Shown here piece by piece: positions 47,747 to 57,163 of a DNA stretch of 64,000 bases. The DNA is from an uncultured Desulfobulbaceae bacterium. GTDB taxonomy: Bacteria; Desulfobacterota; Desulfobulbia; Desulfobulbales; Desulfobulbaceae. Under the pieces are notes generated by a model. It made no database searches, had not been told where the DNA came from, and saw only the letters and a program-made list of their open reading frames with translations. The stretch is from the NCBI GenBank assembly GCA_947259225.1, contig CAMYLK010000009.1, positions 17,599-81,598 of the forward strand, written 5' to 3'. How positions within the stretch are numbered: position 1 is the first letter of the stretch; every line of letters starts with the position of its first letter. The translations under genes were made by a program, and so were the position numbers.

Positions 47747-49060
47747 TTATTCTTCTATTTCACATTCTTTTCCTTCGCATTCAACATCAGCGACCAGAAA
47801 CGAAGCCTTATATCCGTCTTTCTTCAGTTGCTTGTAGGCCATTTCAGCCCTGGCACCAGTAGAACAGTGGATATAGATTTCTTTGTCTTGGGGGAGCTCA
47901 CTTACTCTTTTCGGCAGTTCATCCAGAGGAATGGTAACGGCTGCGGGATACTTTCCTGCTGCAATTTCATCGTTTGTCCGGACATCAAGAATGACAGCTT
48001 TTGATGACCCGGCTGCCGCTTTTTCAAAATCAGCAGCACTAACTTCGCCCTTGCCAAGTTTTCTTTTCCAGTTAATTTCGGTCACAACCGGCCCTGACTC
48101 AAAATTGCCGTCTGATTTCAGCCAGCGATTGAGATCTCCATAAACCAGTGATGCTTTTTTAAAACCTTCCTTGCGGAGTTTTTCGAGAGCCTTGAGCGCC
48201 TGTTTTTCATCGTCGCTGTATAGGACGACTGGAGCTTTTGTCGGGATATCTTCGAGCTTGTCACCCAGAGTATCATAAGGGATTGTAACTGATCTTGGGA
48301 TACGGGATTTTTCCGATTTTTCAACTGATCGCAGGTCAATAAGAACAATATTTCCCTTGCTGACAAAACCAGTGGATGCATAAGTCGGGTTCCCGTCTTT
48401 GATCCAGGCAGGTTCTCCCGCAAGCATGACCTTTACGTTTTTGTATCCTGCTTTTTTCGCCAGACCGGCGGATTTCGGGCTCATGCCTCAGGTGTAGCCC
48501 CCGCAGTAAAATACCAACAACTTGTCCTTGTCAGCAGGTAGGAGTTCAGGTAACTTGGTTTTCATCTGCTCGACAGTGATGGATATCGCTCCGGGAAGAT
48601 GAGATTGAGCGTAGCGCTTTGTCGGTCGGGAGTCGATGATCACCATTGCGGCGTTCTTGTCAATAAGCTTTTTTACCTCTTTCGGCTTGATTTCAACAAT
48701 ACCCTCAGGCAGTTTGGCAAGCTTGGGTTTAACAACGGTTGCAACTTTATCACTGCCCCGCATTTCCCATGTAATTATTGTTGCCTCTCCTTTTCGGGCA
48801 TGATCCATTCCCTTGGTCTTGCCGTCAAACTTGACCATCATGGTTTTGGCTTTATCACCCTTGCCAACCTCAATTGAAATGGTTTTTGCTTTTTTTGATT
48901 TGCCGACAATTTTACCTTTGTAAACGTTAGCAGCCTGCTTTTCTGCAGCAGGATTCATAGCCGTGTCAGGGGGAGCTGTTTTGTTCTGCGCGCATCCCCA
49001 TGTTAACACCGTTAACATGATGCATAACGGTATAAACTTTGTCAATTTTTGCCTCATCAT
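47747..49060 (-). CDS. Triple-rhodanese lipoprotein with predicted selenocysteine in the first active-site loop
   Basis: The 190-aa and 245-aa track ORFs share one frame and are separated only by TGA (48490-48488). Joined reading: ..LLVFYCGGYT-U-GMSPKSAGLAKKAGY... U-GMSPKS aligns with the rhodanese C-xxxx-[RK]-S loop. Lipobox LTWGC. Domain 2 is inactive (LYSDDE). Domain 3 has IHCSTGARAE. Confidence 0.7.
48458..48470 (-). promoter_or_regulatory. SECIS-like hairpin downstream of the in-frame UGA
   Basis: mRNA CGCC-GGUCU-GGCG. The GGUCU apical loop starts 25 nt from the U of UGA. The E. coli fdhF SECIS carries GCA-GGUCU-GCA with the loop one codon closer. Confidence 0.45.
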
Positions 49061-49432
49061 TTTACCTCCGAAAAATTAAGTTTTTCTTTCCCCCTCATAA
49101 CTATCTATAAAAACAAAAAAACAGTTTGATATGATATGCCCTCAATGTGGCATTACGGTACAATGTTTCCATTTGGAATTATTGAAAATATTTTTTAAAA
49201 AAAACTCAAAATACAAAAAAAATACAAATAATAACAATTAATTATACGTTTCATATTACACTTTTGTTATTTGCGAAGTCAAGGTGATTTGCCGTTATAA
49301 AAAGAAAATTTCAGTGAGGGGCGAGTCTCACCTTTTATTCCTGTTCATTCGGTATGTTATCTGATAGAATTTATAGTATCGCTAAAGCAACAGCAGTTGC
49401 ACATTCTTTTCTTTTATTTAAGGAGGTATGTT

Positions 49433-49651
49433 ATGGCAGGGAGCGTTTACAAGCTTATCGAACTCGTAGGAACCAGCAAGAAATCCTGGGAGGATGCAGC
49501 CAAGAATGCTGTTGAAACAGCAGGAAAGTCATTAAAAGACCTGCGGATTGCCGAAGTAACAAAGCTTGATATGCAGATAAATAAGGGAAAAGTGGTAGCC
49601 TATCGCGCCCGGATCAGTGTTTCGTTTAAGTATTTAATGAAAAAGAAATAG
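49433..49651 (+). CDS. Dodecin-family flavin-binding protein
   Basis: 72 aa. MAGSVYKLIELVGTSKKSWEDAAKNAVETAGKSLKDLRIAEV. AGGAGG RBS 6 nt upstream of ATG 49433. Confidence 0.8.
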   Translation: MAGSVYKLIELVGTSKKSWEDAAKNAVETAGKSLKDLRIAEVTKLDMQINKGKVVAYRARISVSFKYLMKKK

Positions 49652-49701
49652 AGGTACAACGAACACTAGTCTAAGACAATTTTCTAAACTTAATTGAATC
49701 T

Positions 49702-49731
49702 AAAAACCGGCTTGTTGGGCCGGTTTTTTTT
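49702..49731. terminator. Bidirectional rho-independent terminator between convergent genes
   Basis: AAAAA-AACCGGC-TTGTTGG-GCCGGTT-TTTTTT, with an A-run on one side and a T-run on the other. Confidence 0.75.
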
Positions 49732-49760
49732 ATGTTGATTAACTGGAGAACAAGGAAGGG

Positions 49761-50882
49761 CTAATGTTCAAGGGCCTGGAATTTTTTCATGAATTTGCGG
49801 TCTATATAATCCTTTAACAGGAATGCCGGTCTCCCGCCGAAGAGAAAACATTTTTTACGAAAAATTCCGGTTCCGTCTCCAAGGTTGAATATGAGCAGGT
49901 AGTCACCCCCGGGCTTGAATTCCATGAGTTCTGTTCCGTCCAGAGAGGCCATTATGTTATGGAGGATGATCGGATTTTCGCGTACAGCATACACGCCCAC
50001 CTTATCAAGAGGTTTTTCTTTAAAGTGGATACAGTCACCTCCACCGAATATATTCGGGTAATCAGTGCTCTGGAGGTATTTGTTGACCATAAGCCCTCCA
50101 TCAGGCCCAACAGCAAGTCCTGACTCTTTGAAAACAGGGGAGGGCTGAACCCCAACAGCTACAAAGATGATGTCTGCTGGAAATGTCTGGCAGGATTCCA
50201 GCTCAATGATACCGTGTTGGATAGTTGAAACATTGCTCTGCTCGAGAATTTCGATGTTGCGGCTGACAAGGGATTGAATAGCCCTGGCACGGACCCGCTG
50301 CGGAAAGCCAGCCATAATGGTGGATCGGGAAAATATCTTGATGTCAGCAGGATGAATATTTGACTTGTTGGTCAACCCCCATACATTACCTGCAATTTCC
50401 ACTGCTGACGGCCCGCCACCTATAACACAGACTTTCACAACGTTATCAGCAGACAGTTGCAGGATTTTTTTCCTGGCTTCCGCCAGACGTTCTATGGGCT
50501 TAACAGGAAAAATGTTTTCAGAGTTGTCTGTAATTATTGATTCCGGAACATAGCTCCCGATGTTGAAAGAGATCGTATCGTAAGGGACTGTTTCCCCAGA
50601 TTCAAGATGTATGATGCAGGCATCAGGGTCAACCTTCACAACTTTGCCCAGGATGAAAGTGCCGCCATGCTTGTCGACAACGTGCCGGGTCGAAAAGCGT
50701 ATCTCTTCCGGGGAGTACATATTGCCGAGCATTCCCGGGCCCATACCAGAATAATAGTGGTATGGTGAAGGCTGGATAACAGTGACCTGATACCCTTTTT
50801 CAACAAACTCATTAAGGTGGGCCAGGGCCATCATGTGAGCATGCCCCCCGCCTGCGAGCACGAGCTGCTTTGTCATATCCAC
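49761..50882 (-). CDS. FAD-dependent pyridine nucleotide-disulfide oxidoreductase (type found N-terminally fused to SelD; TIGR03169-like)
   Basis: 373 aa. LVLAGGGHAH dinucleotide motif, YYSGMGPGML block, second Rossmann VIGGGPSAVE, GGGDC near the C-terminus. Confidence 0.65.
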   Translation of the reverse strand: MDMTKQLVLAGGGHAHMMALAHLNEFVEKGYQVTVIQPSPYHYYSGMGPGMLGNMYSPEEIRFSTRHVVDKHGGTFILGKVVKVDPDACIIHLESGETVPYDTISFNIGSYVPESIITDNSENIFPVKPIERLAEARKKILQLSADNVVKVCVIGGGPSAVEIAGNVWGLTNKSNIHPADIKIFSRSTIMAGFPQRVRARAIQSLVSRNIEILEQSNVSTIQHGIIELESCQTFPADIIFVAVGVQPSPVFKESGLAVGPDGGLMVNKYLQSTDYPNIFGGGDCIHFKEKPLDKVGVYAVRENPIILHNIMASLDGTELMEFKPGGDYLLIFNLGDGTGIFRKKCFLFGGRPAFLLKDYIDRKFMKKFQALEH

Positions 50883-50894
50883 CTCTGATGTGGT

Positions 50895-51725
50895 TTACAG
50901 GTGCTGGAAAAGTTCACCCAGCTGTTTCAGGTGAGACTGTTCCTCCCGGGCTATCTGGTCAAGTACCTCGCGGCTCTCTTTGTTGGAGTTGTTTTCCGCA
51001 GCCCTGCTGTAGAGGTCAAAGGCCTGGGCTTCTATTGACATGGCCATGCCGATGACGTCCTCTTCTGAGTTTACATCAGCACCGAATTTTTGAATAAATT
51101 CTTCTGTGTTGATTCCACCCTCCATCACTGGTGAGACTATATCCCTGTCAAATTTTTCAACATCAAGGTCGTCTCCGGTTATTCTTTTATATTCTTCAAA
51201 GAGCCGGTTCTGGTGAAGTATCTCTATGGCAAAGAGCTGGTGAAAAAGTTCCTGTGACTTGGCATTGTGTATTCTGGGAATCATCTTTTTGTAAAATTCA
51301 CGCAGCCCCTTTTCCAGTGAATAAGCGACGATGAGCACTTCTTTCGGAGTTTCATTGCCGTCAAACAGATCAAGGCCCTGATCTTCAGGGCCGACAGCAT
51401 AATTACCTGTCCAAGCCTTTAATCCGCCGCTGAGGTTATAGACTCTGCTAAAATTTTTTCCGGCCAGCATTTGGGCCGCAACTCTGCTTCGTCCACCAAT
51501 AGCGCAGTATACTAACGCAGGTTTTTCCGGATCAATTTCAGATAACCGATCCTTGAGTTCAGGGAGAGGGATAAGTTTGGAACCGGGGATATGCCCGGCC
51601 TCGTATTCCTTGGGCTGTCGTACATCAAGCAGGGTGTATGAATCCGGTACGTTTTCATCAATGAATTTTTTTGCCTGAACGGCGTCCATTGATTCAACAG
51701 GTGTGAAAAATTGTTTCCAGCGCAT
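50895..51725 (-). CDS. Rhodanese domain fused to a rubrerythrin/ferritin-like diiron four-helix-bundle domain
   Basis: 276 aa. Rhodanese active loop VYCAIGGRSRVAA. The C-terminal half carries the E / ExxH / E / ExxH ligand pattern (SLEKG, IEILH, SIEAQ, EEQSH). Confidence 0.7.
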   Translation of the reverse strand: MRWKQFFTPVESMDAVQAKKFIDENVPDSYTLLDVRQPKEYEAGHIPGSKLIPLPELKDRLSEIDPEKPALVYCAIGGRSRVAAQMLAGKNFSRVYNLSGGLKAWTGNYAVGPEDQGLDLFDGNETPKEVLIVAYSLEKGLREFYKKMIPRIHNAKSQELFHQLFAIEILHQNRLFEEYKRITGDDLDVEKFDRDIVSPVMEGGINTEEFIQKFGADVNSEEDVIGMAMSIEAQAFDLYSRAAENNSNKESREVLDQIAREEQSHLKQLGELFQHL

Positions 51726-51740
51726 AGTCTTCTCAAAGTT

Positions 51741-52097
51741 TTATTTTTTTTGTTGTTGGAGCCACATATAAATATCGGCAGCATCCTGGTCTGACACCTG
51801 CTTCGATTCAAATGTTGGCATAATGGCTGAATTAGGATTTCTCAGTTGTTTGAGAAAACGAGTGTAACTCAGAGAAGTCCCGGCAATGACAGGCGCTTTG
51901 CCGCCAGTTCCTTTTTCGCCATGGCAGCCGTTGCACCGGTTCATCCTGAACCATCTTTCACCATTTGCGGCATTACCTTCAGGCACCTTGCCGCAAGCAG
52001 ACAACATAAGAAGAAATACAGCAGACAATGCACATAATAAAGCTCTGATCTTCAGTTTCACAATACAATTCCTGCAATTGTATAAGACAAAGGTCAA
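51741..52097 (-). CDS. Monohaem class I c-type cytochrome (lipoprotein/exported)
   Basis: 118 aa. One CNGCH motif, a distal Met candidate (AIMPTF), and an LMLSAC lipobox-like signal. The start codon is uncertain. Confidence 0.75.
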   Translation of the reverse strand: MTFVLYNCRNCIVKLKIRALLCALSAVFLLMLSACGKVPEGNAANGERWFRMNRCNGCHGEKGTGGKAPVIAGTSLSYTRFLKQLRNPNSAIMPTFESKQVSDQDAADIYMWLQQQKK

Positions 52098-52253
52098 TCA
52101 CCAAAGGCAAGTATAAGACTCATATTATTCTAGCTTCTCTGAGTGTTCCATCCAAGGAGTTTTTATGTAAAAGAAGTGCTGTTGAGTAGCTTATTTATTC
52201 CATGTCCGGTTTTCGCCTGACGTATTCCACACGAGGGAGACCGCTCTTGAACT

Positions 52254-53162
52254 CTATGTTGACCTTGATTGATTTAAGAGGTCCTCAAGGGCACCTGAAA
52301 GGTTTTGAAAAGAAAAAGGGTATCCTGATTGGATGATTTTTTCGGGAATAACCCTCTGTGACCCTGTAACAACTGTGGCAAATTCCCCAAGTGCTGCCCG
52401 GAGGACAAAATCCGGTACTGGAAGAATGGCTGGCCGATGGAGTGCCCCGGCAATCTCACGTGTAAACTGCCGGTTGGTGACTGGTGACGGAGATACGCAG
52501 TTTAACGGTCCATGCAGTGTTTTGTCTGCCGCGGCATGAAGCATAATTCCGATCATGTCATCTATGTGTATCCAGGACATGTACTGATGACCATTTCCCA
52601 GCCTGCCGCCCAGTCCCAGTTTAAAGGGAAGCAGCATTTGTGACAGGGCACCGCCATCGGCTCCCAGTACGACCCCTATGCGAAGAGACACGACCCGTAC
52701 ACCAAACTCTTCAGCTCTTCCGGCCTCATTTTCCCAGGCAACGCAGACTTCAGAAAGGAAATCGTTGCCGGGCTTTGAGTTCTCTGTCAATTCTTCGTCA
52801 CCGCGTGATCCGTAATACCCGATGGCAGAGGCACAAATCAATGTTCGAGGCGGGTGCTCGAGCTCTCCCATGGCACTCACAAGGGAACGCGTTCCTTCCA
52901 CCCGGCTTTTTTTTATGCGTTTTTTCTTGGCCGCATTCCATCGTCCTTTATACACAGATTCTCCAGCCAGGTGAAAAACCGTGTCAACTCCATCAAATAT
53001 CTTGTGTGAAAATGGTTCATCAGGATTCCACTGAAAGGGTGTAACGTTACCCAAAAGCTGTTTGATTCTCTCAGGGTTCCTGCCAACAACGACGGGATGG
53101 TCAAGTTTTCGTATTAAATGCTGACCGACAAAGCCTGTACCGCCGGTAACCAGACAGTGCAT
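52254..53162 (-). CDS. TIGR01777-family NAD-dependent epimerase/dehydratase (SDR with DUF1731 C-terminus)
   Basis: 302 aa. VTGGTGFVG Rossmann motif, and the size and C-terminal block are typical of YfcH-like proteins. Confidence 0.8.
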   Translation of the reverse strand: MHCLVTGGTGFVGQHLIRKLDHPVVVGRNPERIKQLLGNVTPFQWNPDEPFSHKIFDGVDTVFHLAGESVYKGRWNAAKKKRIKKSRVEGTRSLVSAMGELEHPPRTLICASAIGYYGSRGDEELTENSKPGNDFLSEVCVAWENEAGRAEEFGVRVVSLRIGVVLGADGGALSQMLLPFKLGLGGRLGNGHQYMSWIHIDDMIGIMLHAAADKTLHGPLNCVSPSPVTNRQFTREIAGALHRPAILPVPDFVLRAALGEFATVVTGSQRVIPEKIIQSGYPFSFQNLSGALEDLLNQSRST

Positions 53163-53299
53163 AATTTACTCCAAGTTAGTAGTTTTTACGCCGAAGGACT
53201 GTTCTCGATGATCCAGATGAATGAAAACACTCAAAACGTAATCAATTACGTATTCTAACCCATGACATAACAATTCACAAAATGATATTAATGAGTGGT

Positions 53300-56200
53300 T
53301 TACTCTACACGAAGACAGATATTTTCTACATCCAGCCATTTTTTTTGTAATCGTTTTTCTGAAACAGGTATTTTGGTACCAATTTCAGGTGCAAAAACTG
53401 AAATCCTGTACTCATCAACCAGCACTTTATATTCATCGATAACCTGCTTACACTCTGAAGATTCATGCTGGATTTCAGGAAAATTTTTTAGCCGATGGGC
53501 AGCCTTCATGATAAGTTCTGCTTTGCGGGTGTCTTTGGCGGGAGAATGCTTTGCCCGTTCAATACGAATTTCCAGGGCTTTGAGGTACCTTTCGGTTTCA
53601 GCAAGATCGCTGAATTTTTTCTCAGAAAGAAATGTTTGCGGCAGCAGGAGTTCAAGATGATCCTTGAAATCAGTTGATTTTACGTAAACAGCCCCTTTTA
53701 TCCCTGATCCTTCGGTAATAAGAGTATTTAATCTGCGTCGCAAAGCAAGCAGCTTGAGGATATGTTCTATGTGACTGCGACCACACCGGATGAGTCCTTT
53801 TTTTGCTGTTTGCGCAGTTATCCTTTCAAAGGTATTTCTATCAGGTAAAATGTCAGGGTGAATATCAAATATGTCGTTAAGGATAAAGTGCAGAATCAGC
53901 TTCTTCAGATCTCCGGGAGTAGATGACAGCCCGAGGGAAAGCCATGAAGCGGAATGGCTGGTGAGTGCAGCCTTGCATTCCCTGGCAAGTGCTTTAATTT
54001 CTGTTTTAAACTGCAAACCATACAGAAAACGCATTCCGTTCATGTTGTGTTCTATACTTTTGTCCTTTTCCGCAATATAAGTGAGTTCTACACACCTGCC
54101 TGTTTCGTTGACTATCAATGCCGGGTAAAAAAGATTCTGTCCAATGTCACCGTGGTGGTTAGTTGAGAGTGGTTTTGGCGGGACATCAAATTCCCAACTT
54201 GTAAATTGTATAACATCGGGCAGGGTGATTTCCTCCAAAGTATCTTTGCCTGGGGAGCGAGAATCAAAAGGACAGCTGAGCAACTCGTTGAATGAACGAG
54301 TGAGGATAACAATGTCACCATTATTGTCTCTCAGGCGAAATCGCATTTTCAGGTGAAGAGAAAGCTTGCCAGGCTGCCAGTCGGTTCGATGCACCTTGAT
54401 CTGATACATTTTGAAAATAGTTTTCTCAAGAGCTGCGTAAAGTGATCCCTTATACAATTCAAGCGAGTCCAATATATTTTCTGCAGCTTCGGGAAGGGGA
54501 ATCAGGCGCCGCCGCAGTTTTTTTGGCAGGTACTTGAGCAGGGTATGAATCTTTTCACCGAGCAGTCCCGGTACAAGCCATTCGAACTGAATCGGATTTA
54601 TGGTCCGCAGGTGAGATAAGGGGATATCAACAGTTATGCCGTCAGCCTCATGGCCCGGTTCAAAGCGGTAGGAAAGCGGCAGGGTAAGTGCCATGGTTTT
54701 GAGTGATTGAGGATACTGGTACAGCTCATTGTCCAACGGTTGATCTCTGCAGATATCACTTTCACTCATTTTAAGAAAGTCATCGCCCCTGCTTTTTTTG
54801 ATAGCCCTGTTTAAAGTATAACGATCATAAACCGGGCCAAGCCGCTTATCGTAAAAGTCATACAGGGCAAAATCATCGAGGACGATGTTCTTCCTCCGGG
54901 TCCTGTCTTCCATGTTCCGGAATTTTTTCAGAAGTGAAATGTTGTGTCGCAGAAAAGCATATCTTCCACCAAGATCTCCACGCAACAGGGCCTGATGGAT
55001 AAATATTTCGCGGGATTCGCCGGCAGTTGTCTTGTTGATCCTGCCATAGTTGACCCTTCGACCTGCGATAATGATCAGGCCAAATAAAGAGACCTTTTCA
55101 AATGCGACTACCTGGCCTGATTTTTTTTCCCAGTGCGGATCTGACCAGCTTCGTTTACAGAGTTCTCCGCCGATTATTTCCAGCCAGTCCGCGTCAATGA
55201 CAGCTATATTCAACGCGTAAAGTCTTTTGGTCTCCATGAATGAAGCGGACATGATCCACTGGCCGGCCTTGTTAAAGAGAGCAGAGCCCGGGAATATCAT
55301 AGCCTCCCTGTTGCCTCGGATTCTGTAAATATTTTTTTCCTTTTTCTGGGCTATATTCCTTAAGAATCCGCTGAGCAGGGATTGGTGTATAGCTTCATAT
55401 GTTGCAGGTTTTTCATTATCATGAAATTTTTTGTTATGTTTGGTCAGGTCGGTGATCTGCTCATGAATATCAAGCCATTCCCGCATGCGCTGCCAGGAGA
55501 GATAATGACTTGCGCAGAATTTTCTGAGTTTTGCCTGTGACCTGACCTTTCTCTCCGTGGAGTGAAAGGTTTCCCAGATTTTCAAAAGTCCGAGAAAATC
55601 AGATTTTTTATCCAGAAAACGACGATGCATTTCGTCGGCCTTGTCTTCTTTTTCTGCCGGTCGAATACGGGGATCCTGTATGGATAGCCCGGCGGCAATA
55701 ACTTTGACCTCTTTGAGGGCACCGAGTTCTGCTGCCTCAATAATGATCCTGGAGATTGAAGGGTCAAGAGGGAGCCCAGCCATGATTTTCCCTCTTCTTG
55801 TCAACCTGTTATCGTGTGAAATGGCCCCAAGTTCCAGCAAGACCTTGAATCCGTCACGCACAGAATGAACAGAGGGCGGATCGATAAAAGGAAATTCCCG
55901 TGGGTCTCCGAGTTGCAGGCTGACCATCTGCAGAATTACTTCTGCAAGGTTTGAACGTTGGATTTCCGGCTGGGTATACTCTGGCCTTGTGAGATAATTA
56001 TCCTCGTCATAAAGCCGTATGCAGCGACCGGGACCGGTCCGGCCACATCGTCCTCTTCTCTGATCACTGCTGGCCCGTGAAATTTTTGAGACCTTCAGGC
56101 TGGTAGTCCTGGAACGTGGATTGTATTTTGATATACGGGCAAGCCCGCTGTCAATGACATACCTGATACCAGGTACTGTAATTGATGTTTCCGCGATGTT

Positions 56201-57037
56201 TGTGGCTACTATGATCTTGCGCAGCCTGGCCGGTCGGAATATCTTTCGCTGATCAACAGCATGAAGGCGTCCGAAGAGAGGGAGAACCAGGGCCGTGTTG
56301 GGAAATTTCTTCTGCAATGTTGCAACGGTATCCAGGATGTCGCGCTCTGTCGGCATAAAAATAAGGATATCGCCTAACGGAGAATGGTTCGAGATATTTA
56401 CCGTTTCTTTGACTGCCAGGTCCACATATGCTTCCGAATCCATAAAATCAGGATCGTCGCAGTCCCTGTATTCTGTATCAATGGGATACGTACGTCCGGA
56501 AACATTTATTATGGGAGCGTTGTCAAAATGAGCACCGAATTTTTCCGTGTCAATGGTTGCCGAGGAGATAATTATCTTAAGATTCGGCCGTTCCGGAATG
56601 AGGGTTTTGAGGTAACCGAGGAGAAAGTCAATGTTCAGGCTCCTTTCATGAGCTTCATCAATAATAATGGTATCATATTGATTTAATTTCCTGTCTTTTC
56701 TGGTCTCTGCGAGCAGGACTCCGTCGGTCATAAATTTGATAAGAGTCTGCGGGGTTGTCCGGTCCCGGAACCTGATCTTGTATCCTACTCTGGATTTATC
56801 AATTATTTCTGTTGCCACTCTTTCGGCAACTGAAACAGCAGCTATCCGGCGCGGCTGGGTGCAACCAATAATTCCATTTTTCCCTTGACCAGCCTTAAGG
56901 CACATTTTGGGTATCTGAGTGGTTTTGCCAGAGCCTGTATCGCCGGCAATGATCAGGACCTGATTGTACCGTATTGCATTGATGATGGGATCCTCGAGCG
57001 AGGATATCGGCAGCTCAGCCGGACAAGACAAAAGCAT
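53300..57037 (-). CDS. hrpA: ATP-dependent RNA helicase HrpA (DEAH box)
   Basis: 1245 aa. GDTGSGKTTQ, DEAHERS, SATID, TNIAETSITV, QRRGRCGR, plus the long HrpA-specific C-terminal extension. Confidence 0.93.
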   Translation of the reverse strand: MLLSCPAELPISSLEDPIINAIRYNQVLIIAGDTGSGKTTQIPKMCLKAGQGKNGIIGCTQPRRIAAVSVAERVATEIIDKSRVGYKIRFRDRTTPQTLIKFMTDGVLLAETRKDRKLNQYDTIIIDEAHERSLNIDFLLGYLKTLIPERPNLKIIISSATIDTEKFGAHFDNAPIINVSGRTYPIDTEYRDCDDPDFMDSEAYVDLAVKETVNISNHSPLGDILIFMPTERDILDTVATLQKKFPNTALVLPLFGRLHAVDQRKIFRPARLRKIIVATNIAETSITVPGIRYVIDSGLARISKYNPRSRTTSLKVSKISRASSDQRRGRCGRTGPGRCIRLYDEDNYLTRPEYTQPEIQRSNLAEVILQMVSLQLGDPREFPFIDPPSVHSVRDGFKVLLELGAISHDNRLTRRGKIMAGLPLDPSISRIIIEAAELGALKEVKVIAAGLSIQDPRIRPAEKEDKADEMHRRFLDKKSDFLGLLKIWETFHSTERKVRSQAKLRKFCASHYLSWQRMREWLDIHEQITDLTKHNKKFHDNEKPATYEAIHQSLLSGFLRNIAQKKEKNIYRIRGNREAMIFPGSALFNKAGQWIMSASFMETKRLYALNIAVIDADWLEIIGGELCKRSWSDPHWEKKSGQVVAFEKVSLFGLIIIAGRRVNYGRINKTTAGESREIFIHQALLRGDLGGRYAFLRHNISLLKKFRNMEDRTRRKNIVLDDFALYDFYDKRLGPVYDRYTLNRAIKKSRGDDFLKMSESDICRDQPLDNELYQYPQSLKTMALTLPLSYRFEPGHEADGITVDIPLSHLRTINPIQFEWLVPGLLGEKIHTLLKYLPKKLRRRLIPLPEAAENILDSLELYKGSLYAALEKTIFKMYQIKVHRTDWQPGKLSLHLKMRFRLRDNNGDIVILTRSFNELLSCPFDSRSPGKDTLEEITLPDVIQFTSWEFDVPPKPLSTNHHGDIGQNLFYPALIVNETGRCVELTYIAEKDKSIEHNMNGMRFLYGLQFKTEIKALARECKAALTSHSASWLSLGLSSTPGDLKKLILHFILNDIFDIHPDILPDRNTFERITAQTAKKGLIRCGRSHIEHILKLLALRRRLNTLITEGSGIKGAVYVKSTDFKDHLELLLPQTFLSEKKFSDLAETERYLKALEIRIERAKHSPAKDTRKAELIMKAAHRLKNFPEIQHESSECKQVIDEYKVLVDEYRISVFAPEIGTKIPVSEKRLQKKWLDVENICLRVE

Positions 57038-57163
57038 GGATATTATTTAGACATATTGTGAATATCAAGGTACTATACAGGATGTAACTTTATTATGTAT
57101 CCGTGTATATACAGGATATGAAATCGAAAAACATGGAAAACAAGCACGATTGGCAAAGAACAG

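Noticed and set aside
49140-49260. A/T-rich stretch with repeated ATACAAA units upstream of the rhodanese gene, considered as a repeat array or CRISPR-like element
   Set aside because: The units are too short and irregular, with no spacer-repeat periodicity. It more likely represents a U-rich leader or curved promoter-proximal DNA.
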